Source of the DNA: a virus
Reading direction: 5' to 3' (one strand)
Length of the DNA stretch: 64,000 nt
Virus record (IMG/VR): IMGVR_UViG_3300028392_000030
Location: 96,001-160,000 of that record
Shown: piece by piece, positions 46,705-55,396 of the stretch
How positions within the stretch are numbered: the first letter of the stretch is position 1
How the letters are laid out: each line of letters begins with the position of its first letter
Program-made: the position numbers and the translations under genes
Notes under the pieces: model-generated
What the model was told of the DNA's origin: nothing
Databases searched by the model: none
What the model saw: the letters and a program-made list of their open reading frames with translations, nothing else

Positions 46705-47721
46705 ATGACAAATCTATTTAAAAAAGTAGCTGTTTGCACTGACATACATTTTGGGTTAAAATCAAACAGCCAACAGCACAATCAAGACTGTAGTGATTTT
46801 ATTGATTGGTTTATTGAAACCGCCAAGGCAAACGGTTGCGAAACCGGCATGTTCTTGGGTGATTGGAGCCATCAACGTGCGGCCATTAACATGCAGACTT
46901 TACAATATAGCCTGCGTAGTTTAGAAAAACTATCCAAGGCCTTTGATCGTTTTTATTTTATTCCAGGCAACCACGATTTGTATTACCGCGATAAAAGAGA
47001 TATCTATTCAACCGAATGGGCCAAGCACATTCCTAACATACAAATTGTCAATGATTTTTTCAAAGACGGCGATGTAATTATTGCACCCTGGCTAGTTGGC
47101 GACGATCACAAAAAGTTGTCTAAAATGACAGCCCGATACATGTTTGGACATTTTGAATTGCCACATTTCAAAATGAATGCCATGGTAGAAATGCCAGACC
47201 ACGGTGAAATCCGAGTAGAAAACTTTTCTGGTATCGAAAGTGTCTACAGTGGACACTTTCATTTACGCCAACACAAAAAGAATATCAACTACATCGGCAA
47301 CTGTTTTCCGCATAACTTTGCCGATGCCGGTGACGATAAACGAGGTATGATGATCAAAGAGTGGGGACAGGAAGATCAATACTTTGCTTGGCCCGGACAA
47401 CCGTTGTATCGTGTAATGAAGTTAAGTGAAGCTATTGATAATGGTAAAAATATACTAAAGCCCAATATGCATATTCGTGTAGAGTTAGACATCGATATCA
47501 GCTACGAAGAAGCAAACTTTATCAAAGATACGTTTGTCAAGGATTACAATTTGAGAGAAATGGCATTAATACCTAGCAAGCGTACGGATATTGACATCGA
47601 CCTGGCGCCAGGAGAAGTAAAATTTGAGAGTGTGGATCAAATTGTTACAGATCAACTGACTAATATTGAAAGTGAATTCTACAATACTAAATTGTTGTTA
47701 AAAATATATCAAAATTTATGA
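46705..47721 (+). CDS. gp47: Recombination nuclease subunit (Mre11/SbcD-like)
   Basis: TDIHFG, FLGD, PGNHD, FGHFE, SGHFH metallophosphoesterase motifs. Confidence 0.92.
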   Translation: MTNLFKKVAVCTDIHFGLKSNSQQHNQDCSDFIDWFIETAKANGCETGMFLGDWSHQRAAINMQTLQYSLRSLEKLSKAFDRFYFIPGNHDLYYRDKRDIYSTEWAKHIPNIQIVNDFFKDGDVIIAPWLVGDDHKKLSKMTARYMFGHFELPHFKMNAMVEMPDHGEIRVENFSGIESVYSGHFHLRQHKKNINYIGNCFPHNFADAGDDKRGMMIKEWGQEDQYFAWPGQPLYRVMKLSEAIDNGKNILKPNMHIRVELDIDISYEEANFIKDTFVKDYNLREMALIPSKRTDIDIDLAPGEVKFESVDQIVTDQLTNIESEFYNTKLLLKIYQNL

Positions 47722-49277
47722 CCGAAATAGACCAAGCATTAGAACAACTTAACAAAGAATATTGCGTTCTTGGTACCTTTTATTATTCTATGCTTGCCAA
47801 GCATAACGGTGAAAAAATCTTATATGATTGGCTCTACACACATCACAAAGATTACTTTGAACCCAATGAACGATTGGTATTTGTTCAAGACTGTGGTGAT
47901 GTATACGAATACAACGACGAACTAGGCAATCACACAACCGCCATACAAAAAGCATTAAAGGTTGTAGATATTACCAATTGTTTTGTTACTATATTAACTA
48001 CTAATAAAAATATTGCAAGAGAGCTGACGTTAGTCACGGATACTGATGTTATAAATCATGTAGTAGTGCCTGGCAAATATGATCCAATTTTTCCAACGTT
48101 TGGCAACACATTTTGTCCATTACCGTGGATGCATCTTCATATTGCCCCTAACGGAGATGTGTTGCCATGTTGTGCTGGGGACACTAACTATCCGTTAGGC
48201 AATATCGATCAAGACAGTTTAGTAAACATTTACAATAATAAAAAATTTCAAAAATTACGACAGGGATTATTAACTGGAAAACATCCTAAAGAATGCCAGT
48301 ATTGTTGGATCCATGAAAAAAATGGCCTTAAGTCTCATAGACTAAATCACCTGGAGCATCATCGGGTATTAGAGATAAGAAACGACGGATTGGTTGACAA
48401 CTTTAATCCAATTACTCTTGACATACGTATTAATAAAGTATGCAATCTCAAATGTAGATCATGCAGTCCGCACCTTAGTAGTGCTATTGCACAAGAAGTT
48501 CAAGGAATATACAATGTTGATTGGCCCACACTGAACAATCGTCAACGAAAATTAGTAATGTCAGAATTGTTGTTGTTGCTACCTAATTCCGAACACATAT
48601 ACTTTGCAGGTGGTGAACCATTGTTGGCACCAGAACACCTTGCTATGATCACCGAGTTGGGTCGAATTAAAAATACTAATCTTAACATATTTTATAATAC
48701 CAATTTTATGCAACTCGATTTTCGAGGAACTAGTTTTACTGATATGTGGAAAGAATTTTCAGACATCACAGTTGGCGCTAGTTTAGATGCTCACGGATCA
48801 GTAGCTGAATATCTGCGACACGGAACGGTATGGTCTACAATTGAATCAAATCTCAAACGATTACAAAACAAAGCACCACATGTAAAATTTAGAGTTACAT
48901 CTACGGTGGGCTTTTTAAACATCGAAAGTCTAATAGAACTACAACGCAATTGGACTGAGCAAGGATTAATTTCAATCGATCAATTTTCAATTCCGCAAAT
49001 AATATACGATAGCTATTTTTCTGTGCAAGCAGCTCCAATTCATCATAAACGCCGATTGACTTTGATTATTAAAGATCACATCAGCTGGTTGAATTTTCAA
49101 AGTGCCAAAGAACTTGCAAACAGGTGGCAAGAGGTTATTGACTACATGTGGAAAGAAGATCGTACGCATCTTTTGCCTGAATTTCAACGGACTATGAGTA
49201 ATCAGGACCAGTATCGAAATGAATCATTTCATACCATATTACCACAGTTTGCAGATATTATGCATGTGGTTGAATAA
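47718..49277 (+). CDS. Radical SAM protein with extra N-terminal domain, inserted between gp47 and gp46
   Basis: FCPLPW...LPCC...CQYCW; CNLKCRSC; FAGGEP; YNTN; ATGA coupling. Confidence 0.88.
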   Translation: MTEIDQALEQLNKEYCVLGTFYYSMLAKHNGEKILYDWLYTHHKDYFEPNERLVFVQDCGDVYEYNDELGNHTTAIQKALKVVDITNCFVTILTTNKNIARELTLVTDTDVINHVVVPGKYDPIFPTFGNTFCPLPWMHLHIAPNGDVLPCCAGDTNYPLGNIDQDSLVNIYNNKKFQKLRQGLLTGKHPKECQYCWIHEKNGLKSHRLNHLEHHRVLEIRNDGLVDNFNPITLDIRINKVCNLKCRSCSPHLSSAIAQEVQGIYNVDWPTLNNRQRKLVMSELLLLLPNSEHIYFAGGEPLLAPEHLAMITELGRIKNTNLNIFYNTNFMQLDFRGTSFTDMWKEFSDITVGASLDAHGSVAEYLRHGTVWSTIESNLKRLQNKAPHVKFRVTSTVGFLNIESLIELQRNWTEQGLISIDQFSIPQIIYDSYFSVQAAPIHHKRRLTLIIKDHISWLNFQSAKELANRWQEVIDYMWKEDRTHLLPEFQRTMSNQDQYRNESFHTILPQFADIMHVVE

Positions 49278-49298
49278 TACTAAAAAATAGTATATACT
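49270..49298 (+). promoter_or_regulatory. Sigma70-type promoter of gp46
   Basis: TTGAAT-17-TATACT, 6 nt to ATG 49305. Confidence 0.65.
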
Positions 49299-49304
49299 AT
49301 ACAT

Positions 49305-51068
49305 ATGATCCATATAAAAAATTTAACTGTTAAGAACTTCATGAGTGTTGGTAACAGCACTCAGGCCATTGATTTTGATCGCAAAGACCTTACGTTAGTG
49401 TTAGGTGAGAATTTGGATCTTGGCGGAGATGGTTCAAGAAACGGAACCGGCAAAACTACTATCATTAATGCTCTAAGCTATGCTCTATATGGCACAGCAC
49501 TCAGCAACATCCGCAAGGATAATCTAGTAAACAAGACCAATGGCAAGAACATGTTGGTCAGTCTTGATTTTGGTGTGGGTGGTAAGAATTACAAAATTGA
49601 ACGTGGGCGTAAACCAAATGTGTTAAGATTTTTTGTCAACAATGAAGAACAGGCCATCACCGACAACGCTCAAGGTGATTCGAGAGAAACCCAAGAAAAT
49701 ATCGAACAGTTGTTAGGACTCAGTCACGATATGTTTCGACACATCTTGGCCTTAAACACTTACACTGAACCATTCCTAAGTTTAAAGGCCAATGATCAAC
49801 GCACAATTATCGAACAGTTATTGGGTATTACACAACTAAGTGAACGTGCTGACCGTATCAAAGAACTTAACAAACAGACCAAAGATTCTATACAGCAAGA
49901 AGAATTTCGCATTCGTGCAGAACAAGAAGCAAATAAACGTATTGAAGAACAAATAGAAAGTCTACGACGTAGACAAACATTGTGGACAACTAAACATGGC
50001 GAAGATATCAAGGAACTTGAGAAAGCCCTTAAGGCGTTACAGAATATTCAGATTGAAGTGGAGATCCAAGCGCACAAAGATCACAAAGAATGGGATCAAC
50101 GGCGAAAGGATATCAATGAACTATCAACTCAGATCTCCCGTGTCAAAATGGACATCAGTAGGGATGAAAAGCTGGCGGCCAAATTATCAAAAGAAATCGA
50201 GACTCTTAAAAATCACGAGTGTCATACGTGCGGACAGGCCTTCCACGACACTAAGCACCAACAAGTTTTAGAAGGCAAGCATACGGAATTGGCTATGGCT
50301 CAACAGAGTGGCACAGAATTTAACACCCTCTTGTCAGAATTAGAGACTGCCCACACCACCTTGGGTCTGCTAGGCAGACCACCCACAATGTTCTATGACA
50401 AGGAGTCCGATGCTATTCAACATCAAGCCACTGTGGCCAACTTAGAACAACAGATTGCCACAAAGGCTGTTGAAACAGATCCTTATGCAGAACAAATTAC
50501 AGAAATGCAACAGCAGGCCTTGAAAGAAATCACTTACGATACACTGAATGAACTTACTCGATTGCAAGAACATCAAGACTTCTTGCTCAAACTGTTGACC
50601 AGTAAAGATTCATTTATTCGTAAAAAAATCATTGAACAGAATCTCAGCTATCTAAATGCTAGACTCACACACTACTTGGATCGTGTGGGTTTACCGCATA
50701 CAGTGGTATTCCAAAATGATTTAACTGTCAGCATCGAAGAATTAGGTCGTGAACTAGACTTTGATAATTTGAGCCGTGGCGAACGCAATCGATTAATCCT
50801 GAGCATGAGTTGGGCATTCCGAGATGTGTTTGAAAGTTTATATCAACCTATTAATCTGTTGTTCATAGACGAAATGATTGACAATGGGCTTGATACTGCA
50901 GGTGTAGAAAATGCCCTGGCATTATTAAAACAAATGAGCCGAGAGCGACACAAATCAATTTGGTTAGTAAGTCACCGAGATGAGTTGTCTGGAAGAGTTG
51001 AAAATATTCTTAAGGTTGTCAAAGAAGGTGGCTTTACCAGTTACAACACAGATGTAGAAATAGCATGA
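49305..51068 (+). CDS. gp46: Recombination ATPase subunit (Rad50/SbcC-like)
   Basis: KNFMSVGN, Walker A NGTGKT, zinc hook CHTC, LSRGERNR signature, FIDEMIDNGLD, SH. Confidence 0.95.
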   Translation: MIHIKNLTVKNFMSVGNSTQAIDFDRKDLTLVLGENLDLGGDGSRNGTGKTTIINALSYALYGTALSNIRKDNLVNKTNGKNMLVSLDFGVGGKNYKIERGRKPNVLRFFVNNEEQAITDNAQGDSRETQENIEQLLGLSHDMFRHILALNTYTEPFLSLKANDQRTIIEQLLGITQLSERADRIKELNKQTKDSIQQEEFRIRAEQEANKRIEEQIESLRRRQTLWTTKHGEDIKELEKALKALQNIQIEVEIQAHKDHKEWDQRRKDINELSTQISRVKMDISRDEKLAAKLSKEIETLKNHECHTCGQAFHDTKHQQVLEGKHTELAMAQQSGTEFNTLLSELETAHTTLGLLGRPPTMFYDKESDAIQHQATVANLEQQIATKAVETDPYAEQITEMQQQALKEITYDTLNELTRLQEHQDFLLKLLTSKDSFIRKKIIEQNLSYLNARLTHYLDRVGLPHTVVFQNDLTVSIEELGRELDFDNLSRGERNRLILSMSWAFRDVFESLYQPINLLFIDEMIDNGLDTAGVENALALLKQMSRERHKSIWLVSHRDELSGRVENILKVVKEGGFTSYNTDVEIA

Positions 51069-51499
51069 CAGCGACCATTGTTAAAGATATAAACTTTAAT
51101 CAATGTCAAAGTTTATATCTTTATAAACTAAAAGACAAAAATAATCTGCCGCATTATAAACAATTTGTTGACTCAACGTCTGATGGCCAAACTGATGCAT
51201 TAATTATTAATCATCAATATTATTCATTAGAAGAATTACGCAAAAAAATAATTGAGCGTAGTCACGGTGTCTCGGATTATTTTTACCTAGCTGTAAACAA
51301 ATTTTGCATTTATTCTACAGTAGACTCTGAGCCTACTGCAAACAATTCAGAATGGGATTCTCTATTGGTTCAATATTGCCATTCTGCAATCAATGATAAA
51401 TTTGACTTAGTCGGTTCAGTTGTCCGTCCAGACGATGTTGGACAGCTGGGAAATTTTGTTCATCCGGTTACCACAATGATTTTTAAACGTTATGGATAA
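51065..51499 (+). CDS. Hypothetical protein
   Basis: ORF track; ATGA coupling to gp46. Confidence 0.55.
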   Translation: MTATIVKDINFNQCQSLYLYKLKDKNNLPHYKQFVDSTSDGQTDALIINHQYYSLEELRKKIIERSHGVSDYFYLAVNKFCIYSTVDSEPTANNSEWDSLLVQYCHSAINDKFDLVGSVVRPDDVGQLGNFVHPVTTMIFKRYG

Positions 51500-51986
51500 A
51501 GAAAAAATACGACTGTTAAAAAGTCATTACATGGCCAGATGGACTGTGATGAGACATAATCAAAAGCGTCTAGACAAAATACTGGCACTAGAAGATCAGA
51601 TAGTTTTAAAAAATTTAATGCCAGGAACTACTCTTTGCTACAACTGTCTTGGGGAAATTTACACTGGAATGATTGACATGACTCCTAGTGAAAAATATCA
51701 AAATTTAGTATTGATCAACAACCGAGAGTTCAAGTATAAAACAGTTGATCAAATCAATGAGTGGGTGCAAGAACTTGCTGAACAACATTTGCAACCTGGC
51801 GGAAGGATCATAGTGAGTGTATCTCACCGGTTTTTGATTTATAATCGAGTTGAAATATCTGTTAACACGTTGGTTTCACGTTGGTTTTCTAATGTTAACA
51901 ATTTCACCGTGATAAAATCTTTAAACTTATTAAATAAAGCTAACCAAGGGTACGGTGACTACTTTTTCTGGGTAAACTACAAATGA
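51492..51986 (+). CDS. Hypothetical protein, possibly degenerate class I methyltransferase fold
   Basis: HLQPGGRIIV resembles the post-motif II L(K)PGG pattern; no clear GxGxG. Confidence 0.4.
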   Translation: MDKEKIRLLKSHYMARWTVMRHNQKRLDKILALEDQIVLKNLMPGTTLCYNCLGEIYTGMIDMTPSEKYQNLVLINNREFKYKTVDQINEWVQELAEQHLQPGGRIIVSVSHRFLIYNRVEISVNTLVSRWFSNVNNFTVIKSLNLLNKANQGYGDYFFWVNYK

Positions 51987-52002
51987 TGATAACTACTAGT
52001 CC

Positions 52003-52431
52003 ATGGTATGGCTGTACGAAAACGCTCAAATTGAAACATTGCCCAAAGACTGTGTTGGGTTTGTCTATTTGATTACAAATAACATAACCGGCAGGAAATA
52101 TATTGGGAAAAAATTAGCAAAATTTAGCAAAACAACATATCGAGTAATAAAATTAAAGAACGGCAACAAAAAGAAAAAACGTATCAGAAGCAAAATAGAC
52201 TCCGACTGGCAGCTATACTATGGAAGTAACGATCAACTTAACAAAGACCTTGAGGCGCTGGGCGCTGCCAACTTCACAAGAGAAATATTATTTTATTGCA
52301 AATCAAAAGCAGAATGCAGTTATATAGAAGCTAGAGAACAATTCAATCATAGAGTATTAGAATCAGACGACTACTACAACGGACAAATAGTTTGCCGAAT
52401 ACATGGTAGTCACATAAAAAACAAAATTTAA
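52003..52431 (+). CDS. Stand-alone GIY-YIG endonuclease (EndoII/Seg-like catalytic domain only)
   Basis: GFVYLITN.ITGRKYIGKK, YYGS, FTREIL, YIEA, YYNG. Confidence 0.85.
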   Translation: MVWLYENAQIETLPKDCVGFVYLITNNITGRKYIGKKLAKFSKTTYRVIKLKNGNKKKKRIRSKIDSDWQLYYGSNDQLNKDLEALGAANFTREILFYCKSKAECSYIEAREQFNHRVLESDDYYNGQIVCRIHGSHIKNKI

Positions 52432-52440
52432 AACTTAGAT

Positions 52441-52800
52441 AGGCAACTCATAGACACTGTGCTAGTCGCGGACTAGCCCCATTGAGGAACGGTGAGATAC
52501 CCGGTCCGGATTCTTGGGCGTCAAAGGCAATTGCTAACTTAAGGCAACAAATGGTTTGGGCTCCGTTGAAAAAGATACGACCCATGCTTATAGGACTTGG
52601 ATCTAATATCGGGTTACTAGGGTTCCGTTGATATGTGAAGCTTGAGTAGGGGGTACCGGTCAACCGCCTCCGCGTAGGAAACTACAATCTCATTACTATT
52701 AGATGACTGCTGTCACTCGGATAATGGCAAAGTCGATTCACCGTGACACGGTGAATCATGACCACAGTATCTGGATAATAGCTAAAACAATAATTGAAAC
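52441..52800 (+). ncRNA. Candidate large structured ncRNA (family unknown)
   Basis: No coherent CDS; terminal stem ACTGTG/CACAGT; nested long-range helices GAGG/CCTC, CGGT/ACCG, TACCC/GGGTA, CGGATTCT/AGGGTTCCG; hairpins incl. GTAG-GAAA-CTAC and a 10-bp stem; strand inferred from the GNRA loop and gene context. Confidence 0.6.
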
Positions 52801-52805
52801 AATAG

Positions 52806-52849
52806 GTTAATGAGCGATAGCGAAATTAACAGATCTCTAATAGAGATCT
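52806..52849. terminator. Hairpin plus 19-bp palindrome between convergent units
   Basis: GTTAAT/ATTAAC stem and AGATCTCTA-A-TAGAGATCT (52831-52849) abutting the stop of the - strand gene. Confidence 0.5.
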
Positions 52850-53886
52850 TAATATATAGATTCAACTTGATGAATGTTTGGTTCTAATAAAAGATGTAAA
52901 TTTTTGGTATTGTTAGGAAATTTAACCAATTGCCAAGTTTTTAAGTTTAAGTTGTGTTGATAAATCAAACAATGCTGTATCACGATTTCTTGTTCAAATG
53001 TTAAGTCGACGAGCTCATAATCCCAACCATTGACAATCGATTCAATCATGTGTGGTAATACATGACAAAAATCTAAATGATTGAATTGTGTATTCTGCCA
53101 TTTAGCATATATTGATTTCCACAGGTGTAGTCTGTCTGGGTCAATTTGTAAACCTACATGGGCTAAAATTTTATGCATGTATTGTTCGCCAAGTGTCCAG
53201 AACGATCTAGAATCAATCCACAGATGTGACAAACTAAAATCCAACGGCACACGACTTCGATGAAAAGGTCTGACATTCAGTGCTCGTCGTTCTCTTATGT
53301 CCCAAACGTCTGTTAAATTACTGTAAGCAGCAATGGCCTCATTGAAGAAGTATTCTTCAAATTCAGTGGCCAATTCAGATTGACAACCAGATTGGTTGTT
53401 GTCAAATAAAAAAGTACCTCGTCGACGAAAATTGGTATGATACAAATCAATCTCGGGACTTGAATCTACATAAATTATTTTTGTGTTGCGTTGGGCACAT
53501 AATTTAAAAAGATCAGCATAATCTTTTTGTTGATACTCGAGTATTTGGTTGTTTATGTCAGGATTACTGTTATTTTTATCGAGTATTAAATTTAATTTTT
53601 TAGCAGTTTGGTCGAATCTCAACAGTTGTGGATAAACAGTAAACACACCGGTGTTTTGATGATCAAATTGATCTAAAGTTTCATTTGTTTCAGTGTAGCC
53701 AGCTGGATGATTTTTTTTATGATTATGTGCATTGTTTTGATCAAGCGGATTACTGGTCAACTCTATCCATTGATTGCTGCTAATATTAAAAAACCGTGTC
53801 TGCCCACTTAAAAAGTGTATACTCCAATCGATAAATGTGCAACCCAATGGTTCTTGACTGGTCACACATATTTTTGTATGCGACAT
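52849..53886 (-). CDS. Hypothetical protein, possible divergent sulfotransferase/P-loop fold
   Basis: ORF track; start revised to MSHTK; ICVTS.EPLGCTF loop. Confidence 0.55.
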   Translation of the reverse strand: MSHTKICVTSQEPLGCTFIDWSIHFLSGQTRFFNISSNQWIELTSNPLDQNNAHNHKKNHPAGYTETNETLDQFDHQNTGVFTVYPQLLRFDQTAKKLNLILDKNNSNPDINNQILEYQQKDYADLFKLCAQRNTKIIYVDSSPEIDLYHTNFRRRGTFLFDNNQSGCQSELATEFEEYFFNEAIAAYSNLTDVWDIRERRALNVRPFHRSRVPLDFSLSHLWIDSRSFWTLGEQYMHKILAHVGLQIDPDRLHLWKSIYAKWQNTQFNHLDFCHVLPHMIESIVNGWDYELVDLTFEQEIVIQHCLIYQHNLNLKTWQLVKFPNNTKNLHLLLEPNIHQVESIY

Positions 53887-53888
53887 GA

Positions 53889-54224
53889 TTAGAACTGATC
53901 CGGCCAATCTCTAAACAAGGCATGTTGAATGTCTCCGCTAACAAACTGATTGAAACTTTTGTGTTTCACTTCAAGTTCACCTTCTAATGGAGCAACACGG
54001 CGGAATGCCGAATCCATTTGCCCCATATTCCGGAACTCCATCAGGATCATCCATTCCGGCATGTCGGCAATACTACGGAATCCCATCTTGCAACGGGTGA
54101 TTCTATAGCTCTCCATCTTGCCTTCGCTAATCAAATGATCGAAGAAACTTTTCATTCCATTGACCCAATCAAGGTCTGAAATGTCACCTTCTTTGTTTGC
54201 CCAAATTGTATATAAGTCTGCCAT
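53889..54224 (-). CDS. DUF6614-like dimeric alpha/beta barrel protein
   Basis: Recalled similarity: LYTIWAN...SDLDW...HL..EG....YRITRCKMG...EW.ILMEF....QMDSAF. Confidence 0.55.
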   Translation of the reverse strand: MADLYTIWANKEGDISDLDWVNGMKSFFDHLISEGKMESYRITRCKMGFRSIADMPEWMILMEFRNMGQMDSAFRRVAPLEGELEVKHKSFNQFVSGDIQHALFRDWPDQF

Positions 54225-54228
54225 ATTT

Positions 54229-54672
54229 TTACTCCAGTGGTCCTAGTATTTCAAATCCATCCATGTCGGATTTGTATAAGTGTGCTTGCTCAAGATACAA
54301 GTATTGGAATCCTCGTTCCCGGTAGATAGCACACTCTGCTTTCATTGTTTCAATGCCCAACCGCATTTTAGGTTTGTGATATGTCCATGCAAACTGATCA
54401 CATAATGCATTGTGCTGATCAAATTTGCGAATCAAACTAAATGCTACCAATCGGTCTTGGTCGTAATACCCAATAATCTCAGCCATTGGATCTGTGTAAC
54501 GACTGTGAAATATGGGCATTACACTGGCAAAGTGCTTGTAGATGCAATAGGTTCTGTATATATCATCCAGCCGAGCCAGCACATCAGGTTCGCGACTGGT
54601 AATATACTTCCATGAGACTGCGGGTGTATAGTTTGTTTTGGCTAAGTCAATTCTTGCAAATTGATAAGTCAT
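54229..54672 (-). CDS. ATE_C/Bpt-like aminoacyl-tRNA:protein transferase domain (GNAT fold)
   Basis: GYYDQDRLVAFS...FAW.Y......LG.......A......GFQYLYL....LYK parallels the ATE C-terminal domain. Confidence 0.6.
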   Translation of the reverse strand: MTYQFARIDLAKTNYTPAVSWKYITSREPDVLARLDDIYRTYCIYKHFASVMPIFHSRYTDPMAEIIGYYDQDRLVAFSLIRKFDQHNALCDQFAWTYHKPKMRLGIETMKAECAIYRERGFQYLYLEQAHLYKSDMDGFEILGPLE

Positions 54673-55178
54673 AGTCTTGGATCCTGACGATGTTTGAACA
54701 GGGGCGTTAGATACTCTTCGGGCCAGGTGTTGTAAAAACCCTTCCGGCCAACCAGTTGTGCTTTTTCATTCAAGTCTGTGAGACTTTGTATCAATAACAG
54801 GGCATAGGTTCCGTTGTTCATGACCACACCGTTGACTATTTCTGCATCGTCGGGATGATCTTCCAAGGCTAATAAATTATTTGGCACTAAAAATTCTCGA
54901 TTACAAACATCAACAGCATGGCTCAATTCATCATGTGGTATATCCTTAGGATCGTATGCAAAAATAATCACACTCTTACCGTTTAGTCCTCGGCGACTGA
55001 TCTGTGTGAGATCGTGAATGGGTGCCAGTCCTAGTCTTACATCAAAGTCTTGATCTAGTCGGGCCTTCCTAGCATACGGACAAGGAGCCCAGCCACCCAG
55101 GTCAGCATGTGGAACTTCTACAAAGTTCATGATCCACTGTTCTATATTGTGTTTTACGTCTTCTAATTTTAATAGCAT
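54669..55178 (-). CDS. DUF1415-like protein
   Basis: WI..FV......PCPYARK and EDHPD motifs (DUF1415 has LCPFA and FHP). Confidence 0.55.
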   Translation of the reverse strand: MLLKLEDVKHNIEQWIMNFVEVPHADLGGWAPCPYARKARLDQDFDVRLGLAPIHDLTQISRRGLNGKSVIIFAYDPKDIPHDELSHAVDVCNREFLVPNNLLALEDHPDDAEIVNGVVMNNGTYALLLIQSLTDLNEKAQLVGRKGFYNTWPEEYLTPLFKHRQDPRL

Positions 55179-55181
55179 AGG

Positions 55182-55394
55182 TTAAAAGAAAGGCAATCCG
55201 CTTTTCTTGGTAGTTTCTAAATGTTCTTTAATTAAATCGTTAATCAGATTGCGTTCTTCATAACTCAATGCCATGGCTTGATCGTATGTCAATCCACCTC
55301 GCATGTACCACGACATTCTCAACGCCTCCTGCCGAATATTACTTACTTCTTTATCCATCTGTTCCAGCATCTCAGAGATCTGGTCAGAGTTCAA
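55182..55394 (-). CDS. Baseplate hub assembly protein (gp51-like)
   Basis: WYMRGGLTYDQAMALSYEER..I..LIKE; TTG start; follows gp26-like gene. Confidence 0.6.
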   Translation of the reverse strand: MNSDQISEMLEQMDKEVSNIRQEALRMSWYMRGGLTYDQAMALSYEERNLINDLIKEHLETTKKSGLPFF

Positions 55395-55396
55395 GG

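Noticed and set aside
52448-52663. 71-aa - strand ORF in the ORF track
   Set aside because: No protein-like motif, no RBS; lies antisense to the base-paired region
52441-52800. RNase P RNA, tmRNA or group I intron identity for the structured region
   Set aside because: It has fragmentary echoes of RNase P (hairpin then GAGGAA, GGGCTCC, GCTTGAG, AGATGACTG). However, it lacks the GAAAGUCC/CGGCUUA P4 pair, its GAGG pairs elsewhere, there is no tRNA-like end or tag ORF, and no interrupted gene. Left unassigned pending a CM search.
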